The position numbers and the translations under genes are program-made. A stretch of 64,000 nucleotides of DNA from an uncultured Thiodictyon sp. GTDB lineage: Bacteria; Pseudomonadota; Gammaproteobacteria; Chromatiales; Chromatiaceae. Position 1 is the stretch's first letter; each line of letters begins with the position of its first letter. The notes under the pieces are model-generated. The model had not been told where the DNA came from. It saw only the letters and a program-made list of their open reading frames with translations, and did not search any database. Of the stretch, positions 1 to 9,503 are shown one piece after another. The DNA lies in the NCBI RefSeq assembly GCF_903946935.1, contig NZ_CAJAXH010000014.1, positions 133 to 64,132 on the forward strand, written 5' to 3'.

Positions 1-106
1 ACCTCGGATAATTTGCTTAACTCTTGCATAAATTATAGACAGTCAACGGAAAAAAAATAAAAAAAATTTATTATAATTCAATTTGTCCAGATGCCATATT
101 ATTCTG

Positions 107-1351
107 CTATAGGTCGTCGACCAACTGCTTCTGGTACTCAATCGAGGGTACTGGAAGGCGTAGCCCGAGCAATGATGGCTTGGAGATGTTTTTCATCGTG
201 GGGGATGTCCCGGTGAGACAACCCTCGATCTGTTCGCGTATCGTCGGCAAACGCATCGCCTCGGCGAGGAATTCCGGTAGCAATAGACTATCTTTTCGAA
301 AACGAACCCGAAAAATCTTGTCGCAAAGCAAAAGTTTCGGGCGCGTGGTTCGGACACAGGCGCACGCACCAACATAGCGGGTTACATTGGCTCGACTGAT
401 GAGAACGTCACCCACCTTTACCTCATAATCGGGTCTAGGCTTAAGCTGCTCTGGCAGCTCCTTATTTTGATCTTGCTCAAAGGTTCCGAACGAAACCGCA
501 CCGACCTTGAGCACTCCCCAGCGATCCGTCCGGGCGGGCTGATCGTGACATTTCGGACTCCAGCCATTCTCCAAATCCGCTATCAGATCGCCCAGCCTGG
601 CCATGGGTGATTGAATGCCACCAGCGGCCATCGGCGGCAGCATCGCACGTAGGACTCCCTCATGGCTCCAGCGGTCGAGATCCTTGAAGCGGGCAATGAA
701 CAATGGCCGATCCGACAAAGGCTGCGCAGGTGTCACCCCCAACGCCGCTTGAAAGGCACGCAAACCGCTGCTTTCGATCTCTCCGGCCTCTGTTTCGAGC
801 GCAGCAGCACGCTCAATGGCATCCGTATAGGCAGCGACCAATGTATCTTGCTCGGCCAGACTTGGAAGTGGAATCTCAAGCGTGAGTAGACCATCCGCGG
901 TGACCCGCTTGCGGCCGCTGGTGCCGGATGCTTGGCGCTGCAATTCCGCATGGAAGTGCTCGGCACGGAGCAGAATGCCCAGATAAGCCGGACTTAGCTG
1001 GATCGGATCTGGGATCAGCACCGGATATTCGCTGGTGACAATCGCCTTGGGGATGCTGGCGGGCAGCATGCCCACGGCCCCGTTACGCGCATCGATCTTA
1101 GAGAAAACCAGGTCGCCAGGGTACGCGGCGAACATGGCACCCTTGAACGGTTCGGCGCGCCCCCGTGGTATGACCTCGCCAGAAAAACGAATGGTGATGG
1201 TCTGCCAGTCTTCAAGCGCGCCGGATAGCGCAATGGTCTCATGACGCTCTCGGAGCAGACCGCTTAATGGTACCAGCGGCCAAGGGCTTAACCGCGTTGC
1301 CTGAGCCTCGGTCTCGATCCACCGCTCAATGTCCCTCCATCTGCGGATCAG
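107..1351 (-). CDS. Restriction-modification specificity (S) subunit, HsdS/BcgIB-like; probably 3'-truncated
   Basis: Two TRD-like halves (GDLVFSKIDARNGA; GDVLISRANVTRYVG, GTSPTMKNISK) with LEIPLPSLAEQ and LPVPSIEYQKQ conserved-region motifs. The frame stays open from the listed ATG (1135) back to a CTG at 1351 that overlaps the upstream stop (CTGA). It stops at the start of the second conserved helix. Confidence 0.8.
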   Translation of the reverse strand: MIRRWRDIERWIETEAQATRLSPWPLVPLSGLLRERHETIALSGALEDWQTITIRFSGEVIPRGRAEPFKGAMFAAYPGDLVFSKIDARNGAVGMLPASIPKAIVTSEYPVLIPDPIQLSPAYLGILLRAEHFHAELQRQASGTSGRKRVTADGLLTLEIPLPSLAEQDTLVAAYTDAIERAAALETEAGEIESSGLRAFQAALGVTPAQPLSDRPLFIARFKDLDRWSHEGVLRAMLPPMAAGGIQSPMARLGDLIADLENGWSPKCHDQPARTDRWGVLKVGAVSFGTFEQDQNKELPEQLKPRPDYEVKVGDVLISRANVTRYVGACACVRTTRPKLLLCDKIFRVRFRKDSLLLPEFLAEAMRLPTIREQIEGCLTGTSPTMKNISKPSLLGLRLPVPSIEYQKQLVDDL

Positions 1352-3576
1352 GCAGTGGAGGGCAGCCGAAAATTTGGCATGTCCTCCGGTTCAGCCCCTT
1401 TCTCCATCCAAGACACAAAGTCGCGCCAGGCGGTCAGGGTGGTCGCGAAGTCATTGGTTACCCCTTCCCCCGTCTCGCCGGTGGACGTGATCCCCACCGC
1501 CTTAGGGGCGGCAACGAAGACGGGATAATCGAATAACTCGCGGACCCGCGCCCAGAGTGCCGTATTATGGGCATCATCAATAGGACGGTAAGCGGCCTTG
1601 AGTGCAGCCAGGGCCGCTGCGGTTGCCCCCTGCGCTTGAGTTAGGGCCGCTTGCGCTTGGCGTTTGAGTTCCGCTGCCTTTTTACTTTCTCCATGCTGTG
1701 GTTTGGCGGTCCAGTATGGTGCGGCCTGGGCCGTCCGGCCAATCCCGCGCGGATAGGGGGGTGGTTCCCCGAGTTGCCAAGGCGGCAATTCCCGCCGCAC
1801 TCGTAAGGTCGCAAGCTCTGACAGCAGGCGCGTGGCTACGGTGTCGCCGCCGGTCAGGATCGCCGGTGCGCTGGCGGCGTGCAGGGCATTGCGTTGTGCG
1901 TCGAAGCCGTTATCCAACTCAGCCTGAGCTTGTGCCCAGGCAGCCTCCCAGGCCGCACTGTCTGCCTCGGTGAAGCGTCGCAGGAAGACCAGGGACGCCT
2001 TGACCGTCGCATCGCTGGAGCGAAAGGTTTCGGGCGGCAGGCTGACCACGGCCATGAGCCGTGCGTGGCCCTCCGCCCAGCGGCGCAGCCAGGCGAGCGA
2101 TGGGTTATTGAGATTGCCGTCGGGCAGGACGATACCCATCCGGCCGCCGGGCTTGAGCAGGTTCAGACAGCGCCCGCCGAAGATGCCGTTGATGTCGAGC
2201 AGTCCGTCATGGTGATGGATGCCGCCATGCCCGTCACCATGCATGATCATATTCATCTTGGCGGTGCGGGCAGCGCGTGGTTCGGCGTCGGTACCATAGA
2301 TGCATTGCCAGGCCAGACGCCCGACTCGGCTATCGATCGGTTGATTTTTGTCGCCGCTCGGGAGCAGTTGTTCATTGAGGTGCGCAAAGGCGGCCTCGAT
2401 CTGCCGCTCTTCTTCCTCTTCAGGCAGGGCTTCCGCCTCGATCAGCGCGCGCGCCTCGTCCTTTTGCGCCTGGATATCGGCGACGATACAGTCGCGGACA
2501 TACTCGAATGCGCGGATGAGAAAACCGCCCGATCCGGCGGCGGGGTCACAAATCAGCTCCCGCTCCCGCGGGTCGATGAGTTGAACCATGAAGTCGACGA
2601 TGGGGCGTGGCGTAAAAAACTGGCCCAGTTCGCCGCGAAAGGTGGTGCCTAGGAAACGCTCGAAGGCCAGGCCTTTGATATCGTCGCCGGTCTTTGAGAG
2701 GTCGAAGCGCTCCAGTTCCTTGACGATACGGCGAAAGGTTTCCTTGGAAATGTCGAGCAGGTCAGTCTCTGAAAACAGGTCGTCTGCCCGATAATGCTGC
2801 TTGGTTAGCTCAAACAGGCCGTCATGCACCAGCGCGTCGTTGGGCATGCGCGAGGCATCGCGCTGATCCAGATAGTCGGTGGTGAAGGTCCCATGCAGAC
2901 CGGTACGCTCGACATACATCTTGATGAACAGGACCTTGGAGATGGTGTCGAATGCCCGTCGCGGGTCCATCTTATGCACATCCCGCAGGATACTGTGGCA
3001 CTTGAACAGGAGGTCCTGAAATTCTTTGCGGTTGAAGGCGCGCAGTGAGTCGCGGATTTCTTGCAGCCGCTTGGCATTGCCCCAGTCCGCCGCCTTCGGG
3101 ATCTCGTTGATGGCGACGAATTCGCCGGGTAGACCAGGCACCAGCCGGAAGGTCGCGGTATGCCGGCTATTGGTCGCGATAAAGAACTCGCACCCCACGG
3201 CGCGGGTGTAGGATTCGCCTTGGTAATAATCGCCCACCTGGATCTCGATGCCGTCGGCTTTGCATTCGATAACCAATACTGGGGTGCGATTCCCCGCCTT
3301 ATCGTCGACCGATTCCCATACTGCGATATCGGCCCGCGGACTGCGATGCCCATGCAGGGTCCGCCGCTCCTGATCCATTTGCTCCAGTGAGTAACCGTAT
3401 TCCTCCACTAGGATGCGAATGAAGCGCTGCCGAACGACCTCCTCCGGTTTGTTGGTGACGTCCCGCCATGCGTTGCGCAGCGGTATCCACAGGCGGTCGC
3501 CGTCGCGATGCAACTCATTGGGTGACGCCGGAAATGGCGTACTGGGGTCCGCCGCGAGGGACTTTTTCTTGGCCAG
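1348..3576 (-). CDS. Fused restriction endonuclease/N6-adenine methyltransferase (type IIB/IIG-like, HSDR_N nuclease domain plus N-6 methylase); catalytic motif IV apparently deleted
   Basis: N-terminal PEEVVRQ...RADIAVW...VIECKA PD-(D/E)xK domain; GELGQFFTPRPIV; motif I CDPAAGSGGFL; AKMNMIMHGDG. No NPP(F/Y) motif anywhere. ORF-track start is TTG 3513; the frame extends to CTG 3576 (MAKKKS) downstream of GAGG. Confidence 0.85.
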   Translation of the reverse strand: MAKKKSLAADPSTPFPASPNELHRDGDRLWIPLRNAWRDVTNKPEEVVRQRFIRILVEEYGYSLEQMDQERRTLHGHRSPRADIAVWESVDDKAGNRTPVLVIECKADGIEIQVGDYYQGESYTRAVGCEFFIATNSRHTATFRLVPGLPGEFVAINEIPKAADWGNAKRLQEIRDSLRAFNRKEFQDLLFKCHSILRDVHKMDPRRAFDTISKVLFIKMYVERTGLHGTFTTDYLDQRDASRMPNDALVHDGLFELTKQHYRADDLFSETDLLDISKETFRRIVKELERFDLSKTGDDIKGLAFERFLGTTFRGELGQFFTPRPIVDFMVQLIDPRERELICDPAAGSGGFLIRAFEYVRDCIVADIQAQKDEARALIEAEALPEEEEERQIEAAFAHLNEQLLPSGDKNQPIDSRVGRLAWQCIYGTDAEPRAARTAKMNMIMHGDGHGGIHHHDGLLDINGIFGGRCLNLLKPGGRMGIVLPDGNLNNPSLAWLRRWAEGHARLMAVVSLPPETFRSSDATVKASLVFLRRFTEADSAAWEAAWAQAQAELDNGFDAQRNALHAASAPAILTGGDTVATRLLSELATLRVRRELPPWQLGEPPPYPRGIGRTAQAAPYWTAKPQHGESKKAAELKRQAQAALTQAQGATAAALAALKAAYRPIDDAHNTALWARVRELFDYPVFVAAPKAVGITSTGETGEGVTNDFATTLTAWRDFVSWMEKGAEPEDMPNFRLPSTA

Positions 3577-3726
3577 CGAGTGGGTGCCTCTTCAGCAATC
3601 AGTGAGCTTGGTCATGCTCGGAACAAAAAACCGCGTAGGAAACCAAGCGGGGCGAATGTCTTGCTTGGCCAGCAAGGTTGCAGTCCTCGGCAATGAACGA
3701 TAGTTCACATCTGTAATGCATTGTTC

Positions 3727-3758
3727 AAAAAAGAAAAAAGCCGCCCGGAGGCGGCTTT
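3727..3758 (-). terminator. Intrinsic terminator-like hairpin
   Basis: Stem AAAGCCGCC-CGGA-GGCGGCTTT followed on the minus strand by TTTTTTCTTTTTT. Confidence 0.6.
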
Positions 3759-4121
3759 CTCACCCGGAGCCAGACGCGAAACCGCGTGCGACAGATGGGT
3801 TTTGTGAAAAAGTATGTGGCGCTGACTGCCGGATTGCAACCTCTCGCCCCTACCCCGCGAGCGGGAGCGGGAGCGGGACCTGAACGATTATCTTGTCATC
3901 GGGCAAGACCGATATCTGGATTTTCCTATGGCGGCGCCCGATTCGGCTGCTACCGCTGGATCGCCCGGACCTCCGCGCTACTTGGTCCGAGAGCAGCGAT
4001 TCGGCGCTTGCCCCTACGCCGCAAGCGGGAGAGGGGCCGAAACGGTTACGATGTGCGCCATCGTTCAGTCCGCACAGCCCCGGGGTCGCCGGCGTCGCTG
4101 TGCCACACGGGGGTTGAGGTC

Positions 4122-4958
4122 ATGAGTTGGTGGGGCAAGGCGGTCGGCGGGACCCTAGGTTTCTTGGTGGGCGGCCCGCTGGGGGCGATGGTTGGCGCCA
4201 CCATGGGTCACGGGGCGGATCGCGGGGCGGAGCGCTTCGCGGGCCTCTTCACGCCGGAGCGGGTCGCCGAACGGGCGCGGAACCAGGAGGCCTTTCTGGA
4301 GACCACCTTCGCGGTCATGGGCTACCTGGCCAAGTCCGACGGGCGGGTGAGCGAGCGCGAGATCGCCCATGCCGAATCGGTCATGTCGCGCATGGCGCTC
4401 AACCGCACGGTGCGGCGCAAGGCCATTGCGGCCTTCAACCAGGGGAAGGCGGACAGCTTCAATCTCGGCGCCGCCTTGGTGGCCTTCCGGCAGGCGAGTG
4501 CCGGCGAGACCCAGTTGCACCACCTGTTCTTGGAGATTCAACTGGCAGCGGCCTACATGGATGGTCCGCCGACACCCGTCAAGCGACTGATTTTGGAACA
4601 GTGCCGCCACGGACTCCAGGTCTCCCTGTCGAGCTTCCGCCGTCTGGAGCAGTTGATTGTGTTCCAGTACCGGATTCTGGGCGCCGCCGCTGGTGCGCGT
4701 GCGGGGGGCGGGCGCAGCAACGGCCCGGGTAGCCGCGCGGCTCAACCCTCGCTGGGCGGGGCTTATGCGATGCTCGGCATCACGCCCCAGGCGAGCGACG
4801 AGGAGGTCAAGCGCGCCTATCGCAAGTTGATGAACCGCCACCACCCGGACAAGCTGATGTCGCGCGGCATGTCCGAGGAGCTGGTCAAGCTGGCCTCCAA
4901 GAAGACCCACGAGATTCGCCGTGCCTACGAAACCGTGACTGCGGCGCGCGGGACGTGA
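4122..4958 (+). CDS. djlA: DnaJ-like membrane co-chaperone DjlA
   Basis: MSWWGKAVGGTLGFLVGGPLGAMVG N-terminal anchor, TerB-like middle, C-terminal J domain with HPDKL. Confidence 0.95.
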   Translation: MSWWGKAVGGTLGFLVGGPLGAMVGATMGHGADRGAERFAGLFTPERVAERARNQEAFLETTFAVMGYLAKSDGRVSEREIAHAESVMSRMALNRTVRRKAIAAFNQGKADSFNLGAALVAFRQASAGETQLHHLFLEIQLAAAYMDGPPTPVKRLILEQCRHGLQVSLSSFRRLEQLIVFQYRILGAAAGARAGGGRSNGPGSRAAQPSLGGAYAMLGITPQASDEEVKRAYRKLMNRHHPDKLMSRGMSEELVKLASKKTHEIRRAYETVTAARGT

Positions 4959-5058
4959 GGCGTGAGTGAAAATCTCCGGCGCTTCGGTTAGAGTTCCGGG
5001 CCTTCCAACAACACACCCGGCCGACACCGTCCGGGGACATCCCGGGGGACCGACTGCC

Positions 5059-5751
5059 ATGGCGCTTGACCTGATCGCACCTTCCATCCTTTCCGCCAAC
5101 TTCGCCCGGCTCGGGGAGGAGGTCGACAACGTGTTGGCCGCCGGGGCGGACATCGTCCACTTCGACGTGATGGACAATCACTATGTCCCCAACCTGACCA
5201 TCGGCCCGCTGGTCTGCGAGGCCCTGCGCAAGCACGGCGTTACCGCCCCCATCGATGTCCATCTGATGGTCAAGCCGGTGGATCGCATCATCCCTGACTT
5301 CGCCGCCGCCGGCGCCACCTATATCACCTTCCACCCGGAGGCGAGCGAGCACATCGACCGCACACTGCAACTCATCCACAACGAGGGGTGTAAGGCCGGA
5401 CTGGTCTTCAATCCGGCTACTCCATTGAGTTATCTGGACTATGTGCTGGACAAGGTGGACATGATCCTGCTGATGTCGGTCAATCCGGGCTTCGGCGGCC
5501 AGGGCTTCATCCCCTCGGCGCTGGACAAGCTGCGGGAGGTGCGCGAGATCATCGACGACTCCGGGCGCGACATCCGGCTCGAGATCGACGGCGGCGTGAA
5601 GGCCGACAACATCGCCGCGATCAAGGCCGCGGGGGCGGACACCTTCGTCTCAGGTTCCGGCATCTTCAGCCAGGCATGCGACACCGACCCCCATCGCTAC
5701 GACAGCATCATCCGCAAGCTGCGTGAGGCGATGGCGGCGGTCAGCCGCTAG
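5059..5751 (+). CDS. rpe: Ribulose-phosphate 3-epimerase
   Basis: [51 protein letters not shown]. Confidence 0.97.
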   Translation: MALDLIAPSILSANFARLGEEVDNVLAAGADIVHFDVMDNHYVPNLTIGPLVCEALRKHGVTAPIDVHLMVKPVDRIIPDFAAAGATYITFHPEASEHIDRTLQLIHNEGCKAGLVFNPATPLSYLDYVLDKVDMILLMSVNPGFGGQGFIPSALDKLREVREIIDDSGRDIRLEIDGGVKADNIAAIKAAGADTFVSGSGIFSQACDTDPHRYDSIIRKLREAMAAVSR

Positions 5752-5790
5752 TCTTCCGCCCACTCACCGCTACCCAGGAGGCGCCGCCGC

Positions 5791-6468
5791 ATGCTGCACC
5801 CCAAGATGATCCTGATCGACCTGGATGGGACCCTGATCGACAGTGTCCCGGACCTGACCTACAGCCTGAATGCCATGCTGGCGCGGCTCGGGCGACCGCC
5901 GCAGGGAGAGGCGGCGGTGCGCAACTGGGTCGGCAATGGGGTGGAGCGGCTGGTGGAGCGCGCCCTGATCGGGGCGCTCGACGGCGCGCCGCCGGCAGCC
6001 GACCTGGCGCTGGCCTTGCCGATTTTCATGGAGGTCTATGCGCAGAACACCTCGGGGCGCTCGGTGGTCTATCCCGGGGTGCGCGAGGGTCTGGACTATC
6101 TGCGCACGGCTGGCTATCCGCTCGGTTGTGTCACCAACAAGGCGGCCCAGTTCACCCTGCCGCTGCTGCGCGACCAGGGGCTCGCGGATTATTTCGGCCT
6201 CGTGGTGAGCGGCGACACCTTGCCCGAGAAGAAGCCACACCCGGCGCCGCTGTTGCACGCGGCGGCGTATTTTGGGGTCGCGCCTGCGGACGCGCTGATG
6301 ATCGGCGATTCGGTGAGCGACGTGAGCGCGGCGCGGGCGGCGGGCTTTCACATCATCTGCACGAGCTACGGCTATAACCACGGCCAGGATATACGCGAGT
6401 CCGGTCCCGACGCGGTGATCGACAGTTTCATGGACCTGCGCGCGCTGCTCGCCCCGGCGGCTCAGTGA
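5791..6468 (+). CDS. gph: Phosphoglycolate phosphatase (HAD)
   Basis: DLDGTLIDS HAD motif I, KKPHPAP, IGDSVSD, YGYNHG; rpe-gph-trpE synteny. Confidence 0.93.
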   Translation: MLHPKMILIDLDGTLIDSVPDLTYSLNAMLARLGRPPQGEAAVRNWVGNGVERLVERALIGALDGAPPAADLALALPIFMEVYAQNTSGRSVVYPGVREGLDYLRTAGYPLGCVTNKAAQFTLPLLRDQGLADYFGLVVSGDTLPEKKPHPAPLLHAAAYFGVAPADALMIGDSVSDVSAARAAGFHIICTSYGYNHGQDIRESGPDAVIDSFMDLRALLAPAAQ

Positions 6469-6472
6469 TTAT

Positions 6473-6662
6473 TTGTCCGCAAATAAACGCAAATGAACGC
6501 AAATGGTCAGACCGCTAGCGGTTTCCCAGCTATCATGCGATCGACATTGTGCTGCGCCGATCATCATTCCGGCCAACAATCGACAGAACTGCAGTCCAGT
6601 CCACCTGGCATGCACCTGATCAATCGTTTTGTTTGCGTTCATTTGCGTTCATTTGCGGACAA
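6473..6662. repeat. MITE-like element with triple CGCAAAT inverted ends
   Basis: TTGTCCGCAAATAAACGCAAATGAACGCAAAT (6473-6504) is inverted against TTTGCGTTCATTTGCGTTCATTTGCGGACAA (6632-6662). Confidence 0.8.
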
Positions 6663-6803
6663 CTATTTTTCGCGGGATAACAGAATGGAGCGGTGGTTCG
6701 TGGTGTTCGATTTTGAATTGAGGGTGGCGATGGTGGGTCGGCGATGGCGACGCTGGCCTTGAATCAACCGTCGTCCGTTTGAATCCTCTTGCCGGAGCCT
6801 CCC

Positions 6804-8294
6804 ATGACCCCTGAAGTCTTTGCTGACCTGACCGCCGCAGGGCACAACCGTATCCCACTCGTCTGCGAGGTCCTGGCGGACCTCGACACCCCCTTGAGCG
6901 TTTACCTCAAGCTCGCCGCGGGCCCCTATTCCTATCTGTTTGAATCGGTACAGGGCGGCGAGAAATGGGGCCGTTATTCCATTATCGGGCTGCCCTGCCG
7001 CACCGTGTTGAAGGTCACCGGCCATGCCATCCAGGTGGAGCGCGATGGCGCGCTGATCGAGACCGCCGAGAGCGCCGATCCGCTCGCCTGGATCGATGCC
7101 TTCCAGGCGCGCTTCCGGGTCGCCACCCACCCCGGCCTGCCGCGCTTCACCGGCGGGTTGGTGGGCTATTTCGGCTATGACACCATCCGCTATATCGAGC
7201 CGCGGCTCGCCCACTGCCCCAATCCCGATCAGCAGTGTACCCCGGACATCCTGCTCCTGGTCTCGGACGAGGTGGTGGTATTCGACAATCTCAGTGGGCG
7301 GATGTATATCATCCTGCACCTGGACCCCCATGCCGGCGATACCCTGGAGTCCGGCCGCACGCGCATGCGCGAGCTGATCGGGCGCATGCAACGGGGTGCC
7401 CCGCGGCGGCCCGCGGAGGGTGAGCGCCGCGTCCACGAGGACGACTTTGTCTCCGGCTTCACCCAGCAGGGATTTGAATCGGCGGTCGAGCGGATCAAGG
7501 ACTATATCCTCGCCGGCGACTGTATGCAGGTGGTGCTGTCGCAGCGACTCTCCATCCCCTTCCTGGCCCCGCCGCTCGACCTGTATCGGGCGCTGCGCGG
7601 GCTCAACCCATCGCCCTATATGTACTTTTTGGACCTGGGCGACTTTCAGATCGTCGGCTCATCGCCCGAGATCCTGGTTCGCCTGGAGGATGGCCTGGTC
7701 ACGGTGCGTCCGATCGCTGGCACGCGGCGCCGCGGCGCCACCGAGGCCGAGGACCAGGCGCTGGAGGTCGAGCTGTTGGCCGACCCTAAGGAGTTGGCCG
7801 AGCACCTGATGCTGATCGATCTGGGGCGCAATGACGCCGGGCGCATCGCCCGCACCGGCAGCGTGCGGCTCACCGATCGCATGATCGTGGAGCGCTATTC
7901 ACACGTCATGCACATCGTCTCCAACGTCGTCGGTGAACTGAAGGAGGGGTTGAGCGCCATCGATGTACTGCGCGCCACCTTCCCCGCCGGTACCGTCTCC
8001 GGCGCCCCCAAGATCCGCGCCATGGAGATCATCGACGAACTGGAGCCGGTCAAGCGTGGGGTCTATTCCGGGGCCGTGGGTTATCTCTCGTGGAACGGCA
8101 ATATGGACACGGCCATTGCCATCCGTACCGCCGTCATCCAGGACGGCACCCTGCACATCCAGGCCGGTGCCGGGATCGTGGCCGACTCGGTGCCGCGTCT
8201 GGAATGGGACGAGACCATGAATAAGGGCCGCGCCATCTTCCGCGCCGTGGCCCTGGCCGAGGCCGGGATCGACCGCGGCGGGGTGGATTGCTGA
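6804..8294 (+). CDS. trpE: Anthranilate synthase component I
   Basis: [70 protein letters not shown]. Confidence 0.97.
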   Translation: MTPEVFADLTAAGHNRIPLVCEVLADLDTPLSVYLKLAAGPYSYLFESVQGGEKWGRYSIIGLPCRTVLKVTGHAIQVERDGALIETAESADPLAWIDAFQARFRVATHPGLPRFTGGLVGYFGYDTIRYIEPRLAHCPNPDQQCTPDILLLVSDEVVVFDNLSGRMYIILHLDPHAGDTLESGRTRMRELIGRMQRGAPRRPAEGERRVHEDDFVSGFTQQGFESAVERIKDYILAGDCMQVVLSQRLSIPFLAPPLDLYRALRGLNPSPYMYFLDLGDFQIVGSSPEILVRLEDGLVTVRPIAGTRRRGATEAEDQALEVELLADPKELAEHLMLIDLGRNDAGRIARTGSVRLTDRMIVERYSHVMHIVSNVVGELKEGLSAIDVLRATFPAGTVSGAPKIRAMEIIDELEPVKRGVYSGAVGYLSWNGNMDTAIAIRTAVIQDGTLHIQAGAGIVADSVPRLEWDETMNKGRAIFRAVALAEAGIDRGGVDC

Positions 8295-8298
8295 ATGA

Positions 8299-8469
8299 CC
8301 TAAGCCTGAGCCAGGGAATTACTCACGCCAAGGCGCCAAGCTCGCCAAGAAAGACAATAGGCTATGCGAAGTTACCAGATCATTCGCCGGGTGAATCGCC
8401 AAGCGTCGATAACACACTGAAATTACTTGGCGAGCTTGGCGCCTTGGCGTGACAACTGCTTTTTCTAGG
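8299..8469. mobile_element. CGCCAAG-family MITE-like element, copy 1
   Basis: Core 8323-8452: TCACGCCAAGGCGCCAAGCTCGCCAAG ... CTTGGCGAGCTTGGCGCCTTGGCGTGA, a perfect 27 bp inverted pair; outer ends CCTAA...CTAGG. Confidence 0.8.
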
Positions 8470-8489
8470 ATGATCGACGTCAGGGCGCG

Positions 8490-9296
8490 TCAACTCACTT
8501 CATCCGTCCAAACCCTGAACCCGGTCAGCGTATTGGGGCCGAAGGTGCTGCTGAGTGCCACATCGGCGGCATCCCGGCCGCGGGCGATCAACACCCGACC
8601 GATGCGGGGCACATTGTTGCGGGCGTCGAAGGTATACCATTGACCGCCCAGATAGACATCGAACCAGGCCGAGAAATCCATCGGGCTGTCGGCCGGCGGG
8701 ACGCCGATATCGCCCAGATAGCCGGTGCAGTAACGGGCGGGGATATTCATACAGCGGCAGAAGGTGACGGCAAGGTGTGCGAAATCGCGGCACACCCCGC
8801 GCCGTTCATTGAATACCTCCCAGGCGGTGCGGGTGGCGCGGGCGTGCTCATAGCCGAAGGTGATATGGCGATGCACGAAGTCGCAGATTGCCTGTACCCG
8901 CCCCCAGCCGGTCGGCCCCTTGCCGAACAGGTCCCAGGCGACCTGTGACAGCCGATCGGTCTCGCAATAGCGGCTGCCCAGCAAGAAGACCAGGGTCTCC
9001 TCCGGCAGGTCCTGCACCGCGTGCTGGATCGCCATGGGCACGATGACATCCGGCATCCCCGAATCATTCACCACCGCGTCGGTCGACAGCCGGAACTGAC
9101 CCTTGGGCGCCACGATCCGGCTACACCAATTGCCGAAACCGTCGCGATAGGCGGTGATGGGGACCGATGGCTGGGTGACCAGGTGGTCGGGGACGACCAG
9201 ATCGGACACGCGCGTGAAATGCACGTGCAACGTCAGGATCATCGGCGTCGGCTGGGGACAGTCATAGACCAATTCGTAGCCAACTCGGATCTTCAT
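8490..9296 (-). CDS. Transglutaminase-like family protein
   Basis: MKIRVGYELVY..., FLLGSRYCETD, GVCRDFAHL (Cys), IPARYCTGYLGDI, DFSAWF, WYTFDAR. Confidence 0.9.
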   Translation of the reverse strand: MKIRVGYELVYDCPQPTPMILTLHVHFTRVSDLVVPDHLVTQPSVPITAYRDGFGNWCSRIVAPKGQFRLSTDAVVNDSGMPDVIVPMAIQHAVQDLPEETLVFLLGSRYCETDRLSQVAWDLFGKGPTGWGRVQAICDFVHRHITFGYEHARATRTAWEVFNERRGVCRDFAHLAVTFCRCMNIPARYCTGYLGDIGVPPADSPMDFSAWFDVYLGGQWYTFDARNNVPRIGRVLIARGRDAADVALSSTFGPNTLTGFRVWTDEVS

Positions 9297-9338
9297 AATC
9301 AGTCTCTTGTTGGTGGTCGGCGGCCCCGCGGTCTTGAG

Positions 9339-9502
9339 CCTGACAAGGGCAGTTGTCACGCCAAGACGCCAAGCCGCCAAGATTTTTCAGTGGATTACCG
9401 GTGTTAGCCCATTCCCCCGGCGGATGGTCTGGTGCCTTCGCCTGCCCTATTGCATTTCTTGGCGAGCTTGGCGCCTTGGCGTGAGCAATTGGCTGATCTA
9501 GG
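9339..9502. mobile_element. CGCCAAG-family MITE-like element, copy 2 (inverted relative to copy 1)
   Basis: Core 9356-9484 has the same inverted ends; the internal segment aligns with copy 1 on the minus strand (AAGAAA.CAATAGG...CCAGA...CGCCGGG.GAAT...CACTGAAA). Confidence 0.8.
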
Positions 9503-9503
9503 T

